Positions 34,471 through 45,030 of a stretch of DNA of 64,000 nucleotides are shown piece after piece. The first letter of the stretch is position 1, and each line of letters opens with the position of its first letter. This DNA is from an uncultured Bacteroidales bacterium (GTDB lineage Bacteria; Bacteroidota; Bacteroidia; Bacteroidales; GCA-2748055). Position numbers and translations under genes: made by a program. The stretch covers positions 11,880 through 75,879 of the forward strand of contig CAVQAB010000002.1 of the NCBI GenBank assembly GCA_963710385.1. Reading direction: 5' to 3'. The notes under the pieces are model-generated. The model was not told where the DNA came from. It did no database searches and worked only from the letters and a program-made list of their open reading frames with translations.

Positions 34471-35811
34471 ATAAGCCGGGGCTTTCCTATGATGTGATCT
34501 AAGGGAACAAATCCCCAGAATCTGGAGTCGGCCGAATTGTGGCGGTTGTCACCCATCATGAAATAATAATCCATTTCAAAGGTGTAAGTTTCAGCCACTG
34601 TTCCATTGATATATATTTGGCCACCTTTCACTTCCAGGTCATTCTGTTCATAGGCTTCAATGATACGCCGGTACAATGGAAGGGTAAGGTCATTGAGTTC
34701 AACTGTAGTGCCCTCTTCTGGAATGGTGAGGGGTCCAAAATACTCCAGGTTCCAGGGATACCTTTCGTCATGGGGAAAAATATCCCGATCGTATTGGCCA
34801 TCAGTAAACAATTTCCTGGGCTCAACACTGACAACTCCCGGAAGGGTCCTGATCTGATCGGCATTGGCTGAATTCAGTGGAAAAGTATAGTTGGGATTAT
34901 TTCGTACATCAGTCAGATTCTTATCAATTCCAAAGTCCTCAAGGGAGCGTGGATTGATGGGAGTACCATTGGTCTCTATATCGTACCAGCGTTGAATGCC
35001 TTCAAACTCCTTTTGTTTCTCGCCGTCTACGTAAACATCATTGTTAATGACCTGCATGGTTTCCCCTGCAATGGCCACACACCTTTTAATATAGTTATCT
35101 CGGCGGTCTACTGGCCTTGTCTCCACATCAAACTTCTCGGCGATCTGTGTTCTTACATATGCTTCGTATACCTGGTAGGCGCGGGTCCTGTTATTCCTTG
35201 CTTGATCGGTGAGCATCAAGTTGTATGCTTCATCCCTGATCAGGTCGTAATAATCAAAATTCCCTTTGGCATATATCTTATGATCCGATTTCTCCAAAGC
35301 AACAGTATCCGAAGCAGGGAAGTTAAACACCACGATGTCATCCCTCTTTACCTTGCTGAATCCCTTCAGACGCTTGTATGGACGATTGATCCATTCCAGG
35401 TATGATTTTTTACCCAAAACCGTATTAGGAAGAAATGGAATGGCAAGTGGAGTGTTGGGTGTTCGCGGACCGTAGGCAGTTTTACTTACATACAGGTGGT
35501 CACCCACAAGGAGGCTGCCCTCCATGGAAGGGGTAGGGATCTTGTAATTCTGAAAGAGAAAGATGTTGATCAATGAAACAGCTACAACTGCAAAAATCAG
35601 TGCATCAAGCCATTCGACGATCACATTATTTTTCTTTTTTCTGCTTTTCCAGAAGGACCAGTTTACCTTTTTACTCACATATAATATCATAGATGATAGG
35701 TATTCCGAATAAGAACCAGAAGTTCTTAAGCCAGATGACAAAAAGGATATAGATTGCAACGGCAACTCCGAATTTGAAATATTTGTCTTTCAATAACTTA
35801 CTGATATTCAT
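34395..35811 (-). pseudogene. lepB: Signal peptidase I (long Bacteroidota form), one frameshift near 35690
   Basis: Contains '[14 protein letters not shown]', '[11 protein letters not shown]' and '[17 protein letters not shown]'. The N-terminus '[27 protein letters not shown]' is in another frame. Confidence 0.88.
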
Positions 35812-35818
35812 ATTCACT

Positions 35819-37136
35819 TTATTTTATGGAGCTAAAGATACGCTCTTTTCTTAAACCATCAATGACCGATTTGTCGGGCTCGATGGAGAACCAGACAGTG
35901 ACAGCCTTACCCAGCAGATGATCTTCAGGTACAAATCCCCAGTACCGGGAATCGGCTGAATTATGGTGGTTATCACCCATCACAAAGTAGTAATCCATTT
36001 TGATAATGTAGGTATCTGAGGCTTGGCCATTGATATATATCATCTCCATCCTTTTGTTGAAGGTCATTTTTCTCATATACATCAATAATTCGTTGATATA
36101 GAGGTAAGTTCATGCTATCTAACTGAACGGTGTCTCCTTTCGCAGGTACTTTCAGCGGACCAAAATTGTCACCGGTCCAGCGGTAATTGTTGCTGTGGGG
36201 AAATATTTCCTGATTCTGAAAGGAGAGCATGGGTTCTGAATATTGTTTAATGCTTCGCACCTGTAGGAAAGGATCTGAGGGATTGCAGATTCTCCTCTGC
36301 CAGATATAAAACGTGCAATGAGTTCACCGGATTGTATGTAACGGAAGATTTAAGGATTTTTAACGAATCGAGCAGGTCATCGGGGAGGGGATCACCTGTG
36401 GTAGTTACATAATATTTGAATTTCTGCTTGGGTATGTTTGGTTTCAAAACTCCATTAACAATGATCTTTCCATCAGTGATCTGTAAAGTATCTCCTGGTA
36501 ATCCAATGCATCTTTTCACGTAGTTTTCCCGTTTATCCACCGGGTGGGTAATAATAGTCAAATTCTGAAAGGATATAGTCCCGCCCATACTGCCTTACCA
36601 GTGAATAGTAGTTCTGTCCGGGGTATTCGCACTACCATGGTATCTCCTTCAGGAAAATTAAAGACGATGATATCGTCTCTTTTCACCTTGGAAAATCCCC
36701 TTAATCGTTTATGAGGCATTTTGAGTTTCTCAGAATAGGATTTTTTACCTGAAGGAAGCTTGTTGTGATAGAAAGGGATGGCCAGTGGGGTTTCCGGAAG
36801 ACGTGGGCCATAGGCCAGCTTGCTCACAAAAATAAAATCACCGGCCAGCAGGGTTTCCTCCATGGAAGGGGTGGGGATCTTGTAGGTTTCCACAAAGAGC
36901 ACTTTGATGGTAAAAGAGGAGGCCAGGGCCAACAGAATGATAAACAGCCATTCCATCGCCGATTGGAGGTGCCTGGGTAAGCCGTATTTACGGAAGGTCC
37001 AGTCAAATTTCCGCGTAAGCCAAATATCAAAAAGGACCAGATTAAAGATCAGTAGGAACCAGAGTTCAACCCAGATGACCAGCATGGACCAGAGCAGTGC
37101 AGAGAGGCCAAAGCCCACATATCTCCTGTAAGCCAT
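35819..37136 (-). pseudogene. lepB: Second signal peptidase I paralogue, at least 3 frameshifts
   Basis: Four overlapping ORFs (36558-37136, 36247-36588, 35973-36260, 35819-36085) carry 'IPTPSMEETLLAGD', 'YVKRCIGLPGD' and 'GDNHHNSADSRYWGFVP'. Confidence 0.85.
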
Positions 37137-37147
37137 CTTTCATGAAA

Positions 37148-37882
37148 TCAGAAGTTTAAGAGATCCTTCATTCCGAAGACTCCCTTTTTGCCCTTGATGA
37201 AATTCTGTGGCCAGAAGGGCTCCGGCAGCAAATGCATCCCTGGATTATGCATCGTGACTAAGCATAATAGCTAATCCACCTCAGATCCATAACTATGGAA
37301 TGTTTGCCTTTGACTTCTCCTTCCCTAATGGATTCAATGGGCAATCTGATCCTCTGCCATCAGGATCTCCAACTGCATCCTTTAAGGCCCAGTTTTTCAA
37401 TGCCTCATGTTGCCTCTAATGATCTGATCGGCCAGGGTAATGGCTGTTCCACTGGGGGCATCCAGTTTGTGGATATGATGCACCTCTTTCATGGATACCT
37501 TGTAATCCGGAAACTGATTCATAATCCTGGCCAGTTGGCGATTCATGGCAAAGAGGATGTTCACCCCAATACTGAAATTGCTGGCATAAAAAAAAGTACC
37601 ATTCTTTGAGATGCAATAGTTTTCAATCTCTTCAATACGCTCATTCCAGCCTGTGCTGCCCGAAACCACTGGTATTTGGTGATCGATGCAAGTGATGATG
37701 TTTCCCGGTGCTGAATCCGGAGAGGTGAATTCAATGGCTGCATCCACATTCTTTAGGTTTTCCGCATTGAAATCTGTACTATTCTCAATATCAATGATCA
37801 AGGGGAATTGGTGCCCCTGTACCTTTCCCAGAGCCTCTATGGTATGGCCCATTTTTCCATATCCTAATAGTGCAATGTTCAT
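37148..37882 (-). pseudogene. dapB: 4-hydroxy-tetrahydrodipicolinate reductase. The C-terminal third is badly disrupted by several indels and one in-frame stop.
   Basis: ORF 37397-37882 contains 'IALLGYGKMG' and 'HHIHKLDAPSGTA'. The tail pieces 'IESIREGEVKGKHS', 'SRDAFAAGALLA' and 'FIKGKKGVFGMKDLLNF' sit in different frames. Confidence 0.85.
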
Positions 37883-37980
37883 AACATGCCGCTGTATTGT
37901 TTACTGATGCGATTCAACTAACAAAAAAGGGCCGATCCGCAAGATGTGGAACAGCCCCTATATTATTTTCAGACCCTTGT

Positions 37981-38327
37981 CTACTGTACTTTCTTCACAA
38001 TGGCCTCAAAGGCATTAGGATCATTCATTGCAAGATCTGCAAGTACCTTGCGGTTGATCTCGATTCCGGATTTGCTCAATTTCCCCATGAATTCTGAATA
38101 GGACATGCCGTGTTCACGAACTGCAGCATTTATTCTCTGAATCCAGAGTGCTCTGAAATTGGATTTTTTCTTACGGCGGTCACGGTACGCATATGATAAG
38201 TCCTTTCTCATATGCATTCTTTAGATACTGTCCATACATTTTTTCTTCGACCAAATTGTCCTTTGGTCTGGTTCATTACTTTTTTTCTTCTCTGTCTTGA
38301 AGCTACTGAATTTGTTGCTTTTGGCAT
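37981..38327 (-). pseudogene. rplT: 50S ribosomal protein L20, two single-base insertions near 38221 and 38197
   Basis: '[35 protein letters not shown]' is in frame 1, 'KNAYEKGL' in frame 2 and '[25 protein letters not shown]...' in frame 3. Confidence 0.9.
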
Positions 38328-38428
38328 TTTCTTGTCTGTTTTTTGGATGCAGGCGGTCTCATTTAGACACTTTGTGCACCACATCCCGGTCAATACTTAT
38401 TTACCTGATTTTCAAAAGATTGAATTTC

Positions 38429-38626
38429 TTACTTCATGGCAAGCAAACGCTTGATATTCTGTTCATCCGCTTTGTGAACATCACCAAAATAGGTAAGGTT
38501 CCTCTTGCGTTTTTTCGATTTTTTGGTAAGAATATGGCTTTTGTAAGCGTGTTTTCTTTTGATTTTTCCAGTTCCGGTGAGCGTGAATCTCTTCTTCGCT
38601 CCCGAATTTGTTTTCATTTTTGGCAT
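38429..38626 (-). CDS. rpmI: 50S ribosomal protein L35
   Basis: '[36 protein letters not shown]' is the classic L35 sequence. Confidence 0.93.
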   Translation of the reverse strand: MPKMKTNSGAKKRFTLTGTGKIKRKHAYKSHILTKKSKKRKRNLTYFGDVHKADEQNIKRLLAMK

Positions 38627-38642
38627 TATTCCAACAATTTAT

Positions 38643-39230
38643 CTATTCAACTACTATTTTTTCTTCACTTTGGGTGCCAGGAACATGGTCATTCGCTTTC
38701 CCTTCCAGTTTGGGAAGCTGCTCTACTTTTCCCACATCCTCAAGATCTTGTGCCAGTCTGAGCAGCAGAATTTCACCCTTTTCTTTATACAATATGGACC
38801 TTCCTTTAAAAAATACGAAGGCCTTTAATTTCGCGCCATCTTCAAGGAATTTTAAGGCATGCTTCAGTTTAAAACTGTAATCATGCTCATCAGTATTGGG
38901 TCCAAATCTGATCTCTTTCACCACAATTTTAGTGGTTTTGGCCTTCATCTCCTTCTGTTTCTTCTTCTGCTGATAAAGAAATTTCTGATAGTCGACTACT
39001 CTGCACACAGGTGGATCAGCCTTTGGCGAAATCTCAACCAGGTCAAGGTCAAGTGAATCAGCAATTTTGAGGGCTTCTGATAAGGTGACAACTCCTGGAT
39101 TATCGATATTTTCACCTACAAGCCTTACTGTGTTTGCTCGGATCGATTCATTGGTCCTGAAATGGATCCGATCTTTATTACGGTTATCGCTATTCCTCCT
39201 ACGATAATGACCTGGTCCTGCTATGACAAT
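38643..39230 (-). pseudogene. infC: Translation initiation factor IF-3, with a non-canonical start and a frameshift near 38696
   Basis: Contains '[24 protein letters not shown]' and the C-terminal domain. There is no ATG, GTG or TTG in frame after the upstream TAG; ATT at 39228-39230 follows AGGAGGAA. Removing one base restores the usual ending '[16 protein letters not shown]' (stop near 38654). Confidence 0.88.
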
Positions 39231-39287
39231 TTCCTCCTATACTTTAGTTAAACATCGGTTTCAATCGCTTCCAGTTGATTCTGCACT

Positions 39288-41190
39288 TCAGATTGTATAA
39301 AATTGTGCAAATTCATCCAGGCTCATGACCCCTTTATCACCTTCTCCCTGCCTGCGAACGGAAACTGTTTCGCCATCCTGCTCCTTTTCGCCTATGATCA
39401 GCAGATATGGAATTCGCTTTAACTCGTTATCCCTGATCTTTTTACCTATCTTTTCGCTCCGTTCGTCAATCAGGGTGCGAATATCGCAATTTTTAAGGAA
39501 ATTTGAAACTTTTTCTGCATAATCGTGAAATTTTTCACTGATGGGCAGAATCACAACCTGATCTGGAGTTAGCCACAGTGGAAATTTACCGGCTGTATGT
39601 TCGATCAACACTGCCACAAATCGTTCCATGGATCCAAAGGGTGCACGGTGGATCATCACCGGCTGGTGCTTCTGATTATCCGCACCTGTATACTCCAGTT
39701 CAAACCTCTCCGGCAGATTGTAATCCACCTGGATGGTACCCAGTTGCCATTTCCTTCCCAGTGCATCCTTTACCATGAAGTCCAGCTTAGGTCCATAGAA
39801 GGCTGCCTCTCCATATTCGACAATCGCATCCATCCCTTTCTCTTCCACTGCTTCAAGGATCGCTTCTTCAGCCTTTTCCCAATTCTCATCCGAGCCGATA
39901 TACTTCTCTGTATCTTTGGGATCCCTGAGTGACACCTGAGTGTAAAATCTTTGAAATCCAGGGTTTTAAAGATATAAAGTATGATATCGATCACCTTCAG
40001 AAATTCTTCCTTCAACTGATCAGGTCTGCAGAAAATGTGGGCATCATCCTGGGTGAATCCTCTTACTCTGGTCAGTCCATGAAGTTCACCACTCTGTTCA
40101 TAGCGGTAAACTGTTCCAAATTCTGCATACCTTATGGGTAAATCCTTATAGGAATGTGGCTTTGACTTATATATTTCACAATGATGCGGGCAATTCATTG
40201 GTTTCAAAAGAAATTCTTCACCTTCCTGGGTGTATGAATGGGTTGAAAAGAATCTTTTCCATATTTTTCATAGTGCCCGGAAGTAACATACAACTCTTTC
40301 TGACCGATGTGAGGAGTGATTACCGGCTCATAGCCATGTTCTTTCTGCACTTTTTTCAGGAAATTTTCCAATCTTTCCCGCAGTAGAGCACCTTTAGGAA
40401 ACCACAGCGGCAATCCCAGCCCCACTTTTTGCGAAAATGTAAAGAGTTCAAGCTCCTTTCCAATCTTTCGATGATCGCGCGTTTGGCTTGTTCAAGCATT
40501 TCAAGATATTCGTCAAGCATCTTCTGCTTGGGGAATGTGATGCCGTAAATGCGGGTCAGCTGTCTCCGTTTTTCATCTCCCCGCCAATAGGCACCTGCTA
40601 CACTGAGCAGTTTAATGGCCTTGATAGTTGCGGTGTCAGGCAGATGTGGACCACGGCATAAGTCAGTGAAGTTGCCCTGGTGATAGAAGGTAATGGTGCC
40701 ATCCTCCAGCTCAGTAATCAACTCTGTTTTGTATTCATCTCCCTTTTTTCCGAAGAAGCTCAAGGCTTCTCTTTTGATACTTCCTCCGGCGATAGACATT
40801 TTTTAAGGAGACCAGCTCCTTCATCTTCTTCTCAATCTTCGGCAGATCTCCGTCAGCAATCACCACGTCTACTCCAGGATCCACATCATAGTAGAATCCG
40901 TTTTCTATGGCCGGTCCAATACCGAATTTGGTGCCCGGATAGAGAGATTCAATAGCTTCTGCCATAAGGTGGGCAGAGGAGTGCCAGAAGGCATGTTTTC
41001 CATCCGGATCATCCCATTTATTTAGTTTAATGGTTGCGTCTTTCCCGAATGGGTCTTAACAAGTCCCACAGTTCATCATTTACGTTAATCGATAGTACCT
41101 CGCGGGCCAGGCTATTGCTCAGACTCCTTGCGATATCTATTCCCGTTACCCCGCTTTCAAACTCCCGCACGGATCCATCCGGAAATGTTA
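39288..41190 (-). pseudogene. thrS: Threonine--tRNA ligase, at least 5 frameshifts
   Basis: Six consecutive fragments cover the protein. They run from the N-terminal TGS-like '[24 protein letters not shown]', through '[12 protein letters not shown]' and '[16 protein letters not shown]', to '[11 protein letters not shown]' and the anticodon-binding domain. Confidence 0.92.
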
Positions 41191-41250
41191 TATTTATCAT
41201 GATATATGCTTTTTCAAAAACCTCGCAAAGATACGAAAACTAGGCGGATC

Positions 41251-43426
41251 TTACAGGTTCTCAAGGATAAAATTGGTCATGCGTGTATAAAGGTGAATGG
41301 AAGTGTTCCCGCCTCTAATACCGTGGTTTTTATTGGGGTAGAACTGCATGTCAAATTGCTTTTCAGCCTGCACCAGCGCTTCTACGAAATCCATTGAATT
41401 CTGGTAATGTACATTGTCATCTGCACTTCCATGGATCAACAGGAACCTGCCCTGGAGGCCTCGGGCAAAGTGTATGGGTGAGTTTTGATCATAGCCCTCA
41501 GGATTCTCCTGTGGAGTGCGCATAAACCGCTCTGTATAGATCGTATCGTAGTATCTCCAGTTTGTAACGGGAGCTACTGCAATCCCCATCTTATAAGTGC
41601 CCTTTCCTTTGGTCATACAGAGACTGGTCATGAATCCGCCATAACTCCAACCGAAGATTCCTATACGTTGCGCATCAATATAGTTTTGTGATCCGAACCA
41701 TTGTGCGGCTTCAACCTGGTCAATGGTTTCCAGTTTTCCAAGAGTCAGGTAGGTGGCTTTCCTGAATTCTTCTCCACGACCGTTGGTCCCCCTGTTGTCC
41801 ACGCACGCTATGATATAACCCTGCTGAACCAACATTTGGAACCAGGCTCCCCTGCGACCCCATGAATCGGTAACATTCTGTGACTCTGGTCCTCCATATA
41901 CGTAGATAAAAAGGGGATATACTTTATTTGGATCGAAATCATTGGGTTTGATCATCCATGCATTCAAATTCTGACCGCTTGCAGTAGGAACCGTAAGGAA
42001 TTCAGTTTTTGCATATCCATAATCAACAACATTACTCTGAAGTGCGGCATTTTCTTCAAGAACCCGGATCAGTTTCCCCTTCTGGTCGTGCAGGGTGATA
42101 AATGGAGGTGTGTTGGCCGATGAGTGGTTGAGAATATAATAGTTAAAGGTTGTGCTAAAATCGGCAGTGTTGGTTCCAGATTCTGTACTTAATTTCTTTT
42201 TCCTGGAACCATCCAGTTTAATGGAATAGACATGCTTTTCAATGGAAGATTCTTCATAGGAGGTATAGTAGAGCCTCTGTTGTTTTTCATCATAACCAAG
42301 GAATGCATCAACATCATACTCACCTGAAGTGATGGGATTTATCTTTCCGGTGTTGAAGTTGTAGTGGTAAAAGTGGAAATATCCCTCCTTTTCACTATTT
42401 AATGATGAAGCTTTCCCCATCTTGCAGGTAGGTACTGGTATTGTCTGATGCTTCTGAAATATATGAATCGTTCTTCTCGGAATAAACCACTGTTGAAGTT
42501 CCTGAAACAGCATGGGCATGTAATATATCCAGGCGGTTCTGTCTCCGGTTCAAGCGCATGATGCTCAGCACTTCCGGATCGCTGGTCCATTTAATTCTTG
42601 GGATGTATTGGTCCTGCTCTTCACCAATATCCATGGATGTGGCTTTGCCCGACGCAAGGTCATAGACATGGATGGTGACCACCGAATTCAACTCACCTGC
42701 TTTGGGATACTTAAACTTATAACTGGATGGATAAAGGTCACCGAACAGGGTCATATGAAACTCCTGGACATTTCGTTCATCAAAGCGGTAAAATGCAATT
42801 TTATTACCATCTGGTGACCAGCAATAAGCCTGCGAAAATCCGAACTCCTCTTCATATACCCAGTCAGGCGAACCGTTGATGATCTTATTTTTCACTCCAT
42901 CGAATGTGATCTGCATTTCCTCATCCTTAGTAAGATCTCTGACAAACAGGTTGTTATTTCGCACAAAAGCCACACGGTCTCCCCGGGGTGAAAAGGTCCC
43001 AAGTTGTTGCTTTCCTTTACTGGAGACAGGAATCAACTCCCCTGTGTCCATATCATATACGTAATACGATGCCAGATAGGAGTGGCGATAAATCTGTTCA
43101 TGCCCGGTCTCCAAAAGGACCTTATCCTCCGAAGTATTGAAACTATATCCGCTGAACTGATTAATCTCCGGGAAATCTGCAGCATCAAACAGTGTTTCGA
43201 CAATCTCACCTGTTCGGTAACTGTATTTATTAATGCGGGTTTTTTCCTGAACAGTATAGTGTACTCCATCATTCATCGAGTTTAGTCCTTCCAGTACATT
43301 GGCTGTGAATTTCTCCGCATGGTAAATGTCACTAAGGGTGATGGTGGAAGTGGACTGACCAGATAGCGATGGGGTCAATGCTATCAACAGAAGTAGTGGA
43401 TAAATTTTTTGGGATAAGCTGTTCAT
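41251..43426 (-). pseudogene. Dipeptidyl-peptidase IV (S9B family), one frameshift near 42400
   Basis: The N-terminal beta-propeller ORF is 42395-43426 and has a signal peptide. The C-terminal catalytic ORF is 41251-42519 with 'GIFGWSYGGFMTS' and 'HGSADDNVHYQNS'. Confidence 0.88.
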
Positions 43427-43541
43427 GAATCAAGAATTTGTTTATGTTGCCAAAGGAAGAAAAAACCCTGATTATATGCAATTTAAAAGTTTGGCATGCT
43501 ATTTGAATTTTCTATTGTAAATAACTAAAAAACCAATTGCC

Positions 43542-44278
43542 ATGAAACGTTTACTTATCATATTACCAAGCCTGCTCCTGGCCCTGGCAGGTTGCTACAG
43601 AGAACCTTACGCCGATGCATTTATATCTCCCAGCCCCGCTTATGTTGGGGAGGACATCCATTTTACCAATACCTCCTCGAATACCGATTATGTGGAGTGG
43701 GATATGGGTGACGGTACAAGCGCATCAGCTTTCAATGTGAGCCATTTTTACTATGATCCCGGATCTTACCATGTTAATTTGAGTGCATATGGACGCAATG
43801 GTGATGTCAGTGTTGCATCATTTGTTGTGGATGTCATTGGCTCAGAATTAGAGATTGTTGTGAGGGAGGTCCTCGATGAATATTATGTTGAAGGAGCCAG
43901 TGTTATCCTCTACACCAATTCTGGATGACTGGGCTCAATTTTGAGAATCCGGTGGCTGAAGAACAGTTTACAAACCAGTACGGTGAATGTTATTTCTCCA
44001 ACCTGAGCTACCAGACTTACTTTGTGGATGTGTGGGAAGCCAGTCATGATAACTGGGCCATGGGAGAAGAAGATCCCGGGTTATGGATCGAAACACAAGA
44101 ATTACCTGGTGGATGGGACCACACGTTCATCGCTTACGTTGACTACTACGAATCTACAACCAAGAAGGCTGCAACAGTGGCAAGGCCTGCTACAAGAGAG
44201 CTGAGAGCTCCATTGAAAAACAGAGGGGAAGAGAGGCCTATGAAGGATAATAAATTCAGTATCAAAAAAGAGAAATAA
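43542..44278 (+). pseudogene. PKD-domain lipoprotein, one frameshift near 43925
   Basis: Lipobox 'LLALAGC' and a PKD-like 'FTNTSSNTDYVEWDMGDGTSASAFNVSHFYYDPGSYHVNLSA'. The second half is ORF 43925-44278. Confidence 0.65.
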
Positions 44279-44320
44279 TTAGCAACCTACAAATCAATAT
44301 AAAAAATTAATATATTTGCA

Positions 44321-44352
44321 GCCCTGGAAGCCCTCGCGTTTCCAGGGCTTTT
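44321..44352 (+). terminator. Intrinsic terminator after the PKD lipoprotein gene
   Basis: GCCCTGGAA / TTCCAGGGC 9-bp stem with a 10-nt loop, then TTTT. Confidence 0.7.
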
Positions 44353-44358
44353 AGCTTG

Positions 44359-44509
44359 GCTCAATTTTGGCAGGCCGACCGTTAAGAAAATGTCCGGTGG
44401 ACATTTTTAGGGAGGAGCCAGCCAGAGGGTAGGCCAATTCCGCCATCCATTGTTTGGGATGAATATTTCGGTTTTGGCAATAAGTTCTTTAATAAGTTAT
44501 AACAATATT
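44359..44509 (+). repeat. tRNA-Leu-associated structured repeat, copy A
   Basis: The core 'GGCCGACCGTTAAGAAAATGTCCGGTGGACATTTTTAGGGAGGAGCCAGCC' is identical to copy B. It also contains 'AGGCCAATTCCGCCATCC'. The period to copy B is 150 nt. Confidence 0.85.
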
Positions 44510-44663
44510 GCCCAGATGGCAGGGCCGACCGTTAAGAAAATGTCCGGTGGACATTTTTAGGGAGGAGCCAGCCTGCAGGGCAGGCCAATTCCGCCATCCA
44601 ATGATTGGGATGAATATTTCGGATTTGGCGAAAGAGTTCTTTAATAAGTTAGTACATCTAAAT
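44510..44663 (+). repeat. tRNA-Leu-associated structured repeat, copy B, abutting tRNA-Leu(CAG)
   Basis: It starts with GCCCAGATGGC, which equals nt 1-11 of the following tRNA. It contains GGCCAATTCCGCCATC, whose reverse complement includes tRNA nt 6-19. Confidence 0.85.
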
Positions 44664-44750
44664 GCCCAGATGGCGGAATTGGTAGACGCGCTAGTTTCAG
44701 GGACTAGTATACGCAAGTATGTGCAGGTTCGAGTCCTGTTCTGGGCACCA
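44664..44750 (+). tRNA. tRNA-Leu (anticodon CAG), CCA encoded
   Basis: Manual fold:
- Acceptor stem GCCCAGA/TCTGGGC.
- Anticodon stem CTAGT/ACTAG with loop TTCAGGG; the anticodon is at 44698-44700.
- Long variable arm.
- T-arm GCAGG-TTCGAGT-CCTGT.
- 3' end ACCA. Confidence 0.93.
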
Positions 44751-44760
44751 GTCAATTTAA

Positions 44761-44801
44761 AAGCCTTTGTGATTTAATAGATTACAGAGGCTTACTTTTT
44801 T
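44761..44801 (+). terminator. Intrinsic terminator after tRNA-Leu(CAG)
   Basis: A 13-bp stem AAGCCTTTGTGAT / ATTACAGAGGCTT (two G-U pairs) with a 7-nt loop, followed by ACTTTTTT. Confidence 0.75.
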
Positions 44802-45030
44802 GGGGATAATCCAATGCTTAACCCTGAAATCTGTAAAAATTTATAAATTGATACTTCTATCTTTAATGCTATAAAGGACACATCAGGACCTTCCAGTTTC
44901 AATTCGAATTGATGAATGAAATTCATGAAAAAATAAATTCCTGATAGTTCATCATCAGAAAAACTTAATTTCATGTCCTGTGTTATGAATTCAAGTGGAT
45001 CAATGATCGATGTGAAGAAATGATTCAATA

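Noticed and set aside
37883-37980. Spacer downstream of rplT as a possible Bacteroidales-1-type RNA. To my recollection, that motif was reported downstream of L20 genes.
   Set aside because: The spacer is only 98 nt. All I can see is a weak terminator-like structure (GGGC..GCCC with an inner hairpin, then T6 on the minus strand, about 37923-37958). I cannot verify the motif consensus from memory; a cmsearch would decide.
44311-44318. TATATTTG, an exact TAnnTTTG promoter box upstream of repeat copy A
   Set aside because: It lies immediately before the strong terminator hairpin of the preceding gene (44321-44352). A transcript starting there would meet the terminator at once, so this is probably a chance match in AT-rich sequence.
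44359-44663. Possible CRISPR array or minisatellite
   Set aside because: There are only two tandem units of about 150 nt with no short repeat/unique spacer organisation, and no cas genes are in the window.
44510-44663. Possible match of the repeat core to a known small RNA (SRP/4.5S RNA, RNase P RNA, tmRNA)
   Set aside because: 'GGGAGGAGCCAGCC' and the hairpin superficially recall SRP helix 8. However, the GNRA-tetraloop context and the conserved flanks are absent, and three copies would be unexpected for those RNAs. I cannot run a covariance-model search, so this rejection is provisional.
44521-44663. MITE or IS-derived insertion with an 11-bp target-site duplication (GCCCAGATGGC on both sides)
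   Set aside because: This explains the direct 11-nt copy. It does not explain the locus-specific inverted arm, which extends to tRNA nt 19. No terminal inverted repeats are visible at the element ends. I keep it as an alternative hypothesis in the findings rather than as a feature call.
44489-44777. ORFs 44489-44755 (minus) and 44508-44777 (plus) overlap the repeat and tRNA-Leu(CAG). ORF 53921-54154 (minus) shares the peptide 'AGSSLKMSTGHFL'.
   Set aside because: These ORFs run straight through tRNA genes. The shared peptide is simply the translation of the conserved repeat core, and the differences between copies do not preserve a reading frame (a 1-nt indel separates the cores). I treat the region as non-coding.
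44792-45028. 78-aa minus-strand ORF between tRNA-Leu(CAG) and the S8 protease gene
   Set aside because: It is AT-rich. It starts 3 nt from the protease ATG, which leaves no promoter space, and its 3' end overlaps the tRNA terminator. This is more likely the protease promoter or 5' region.
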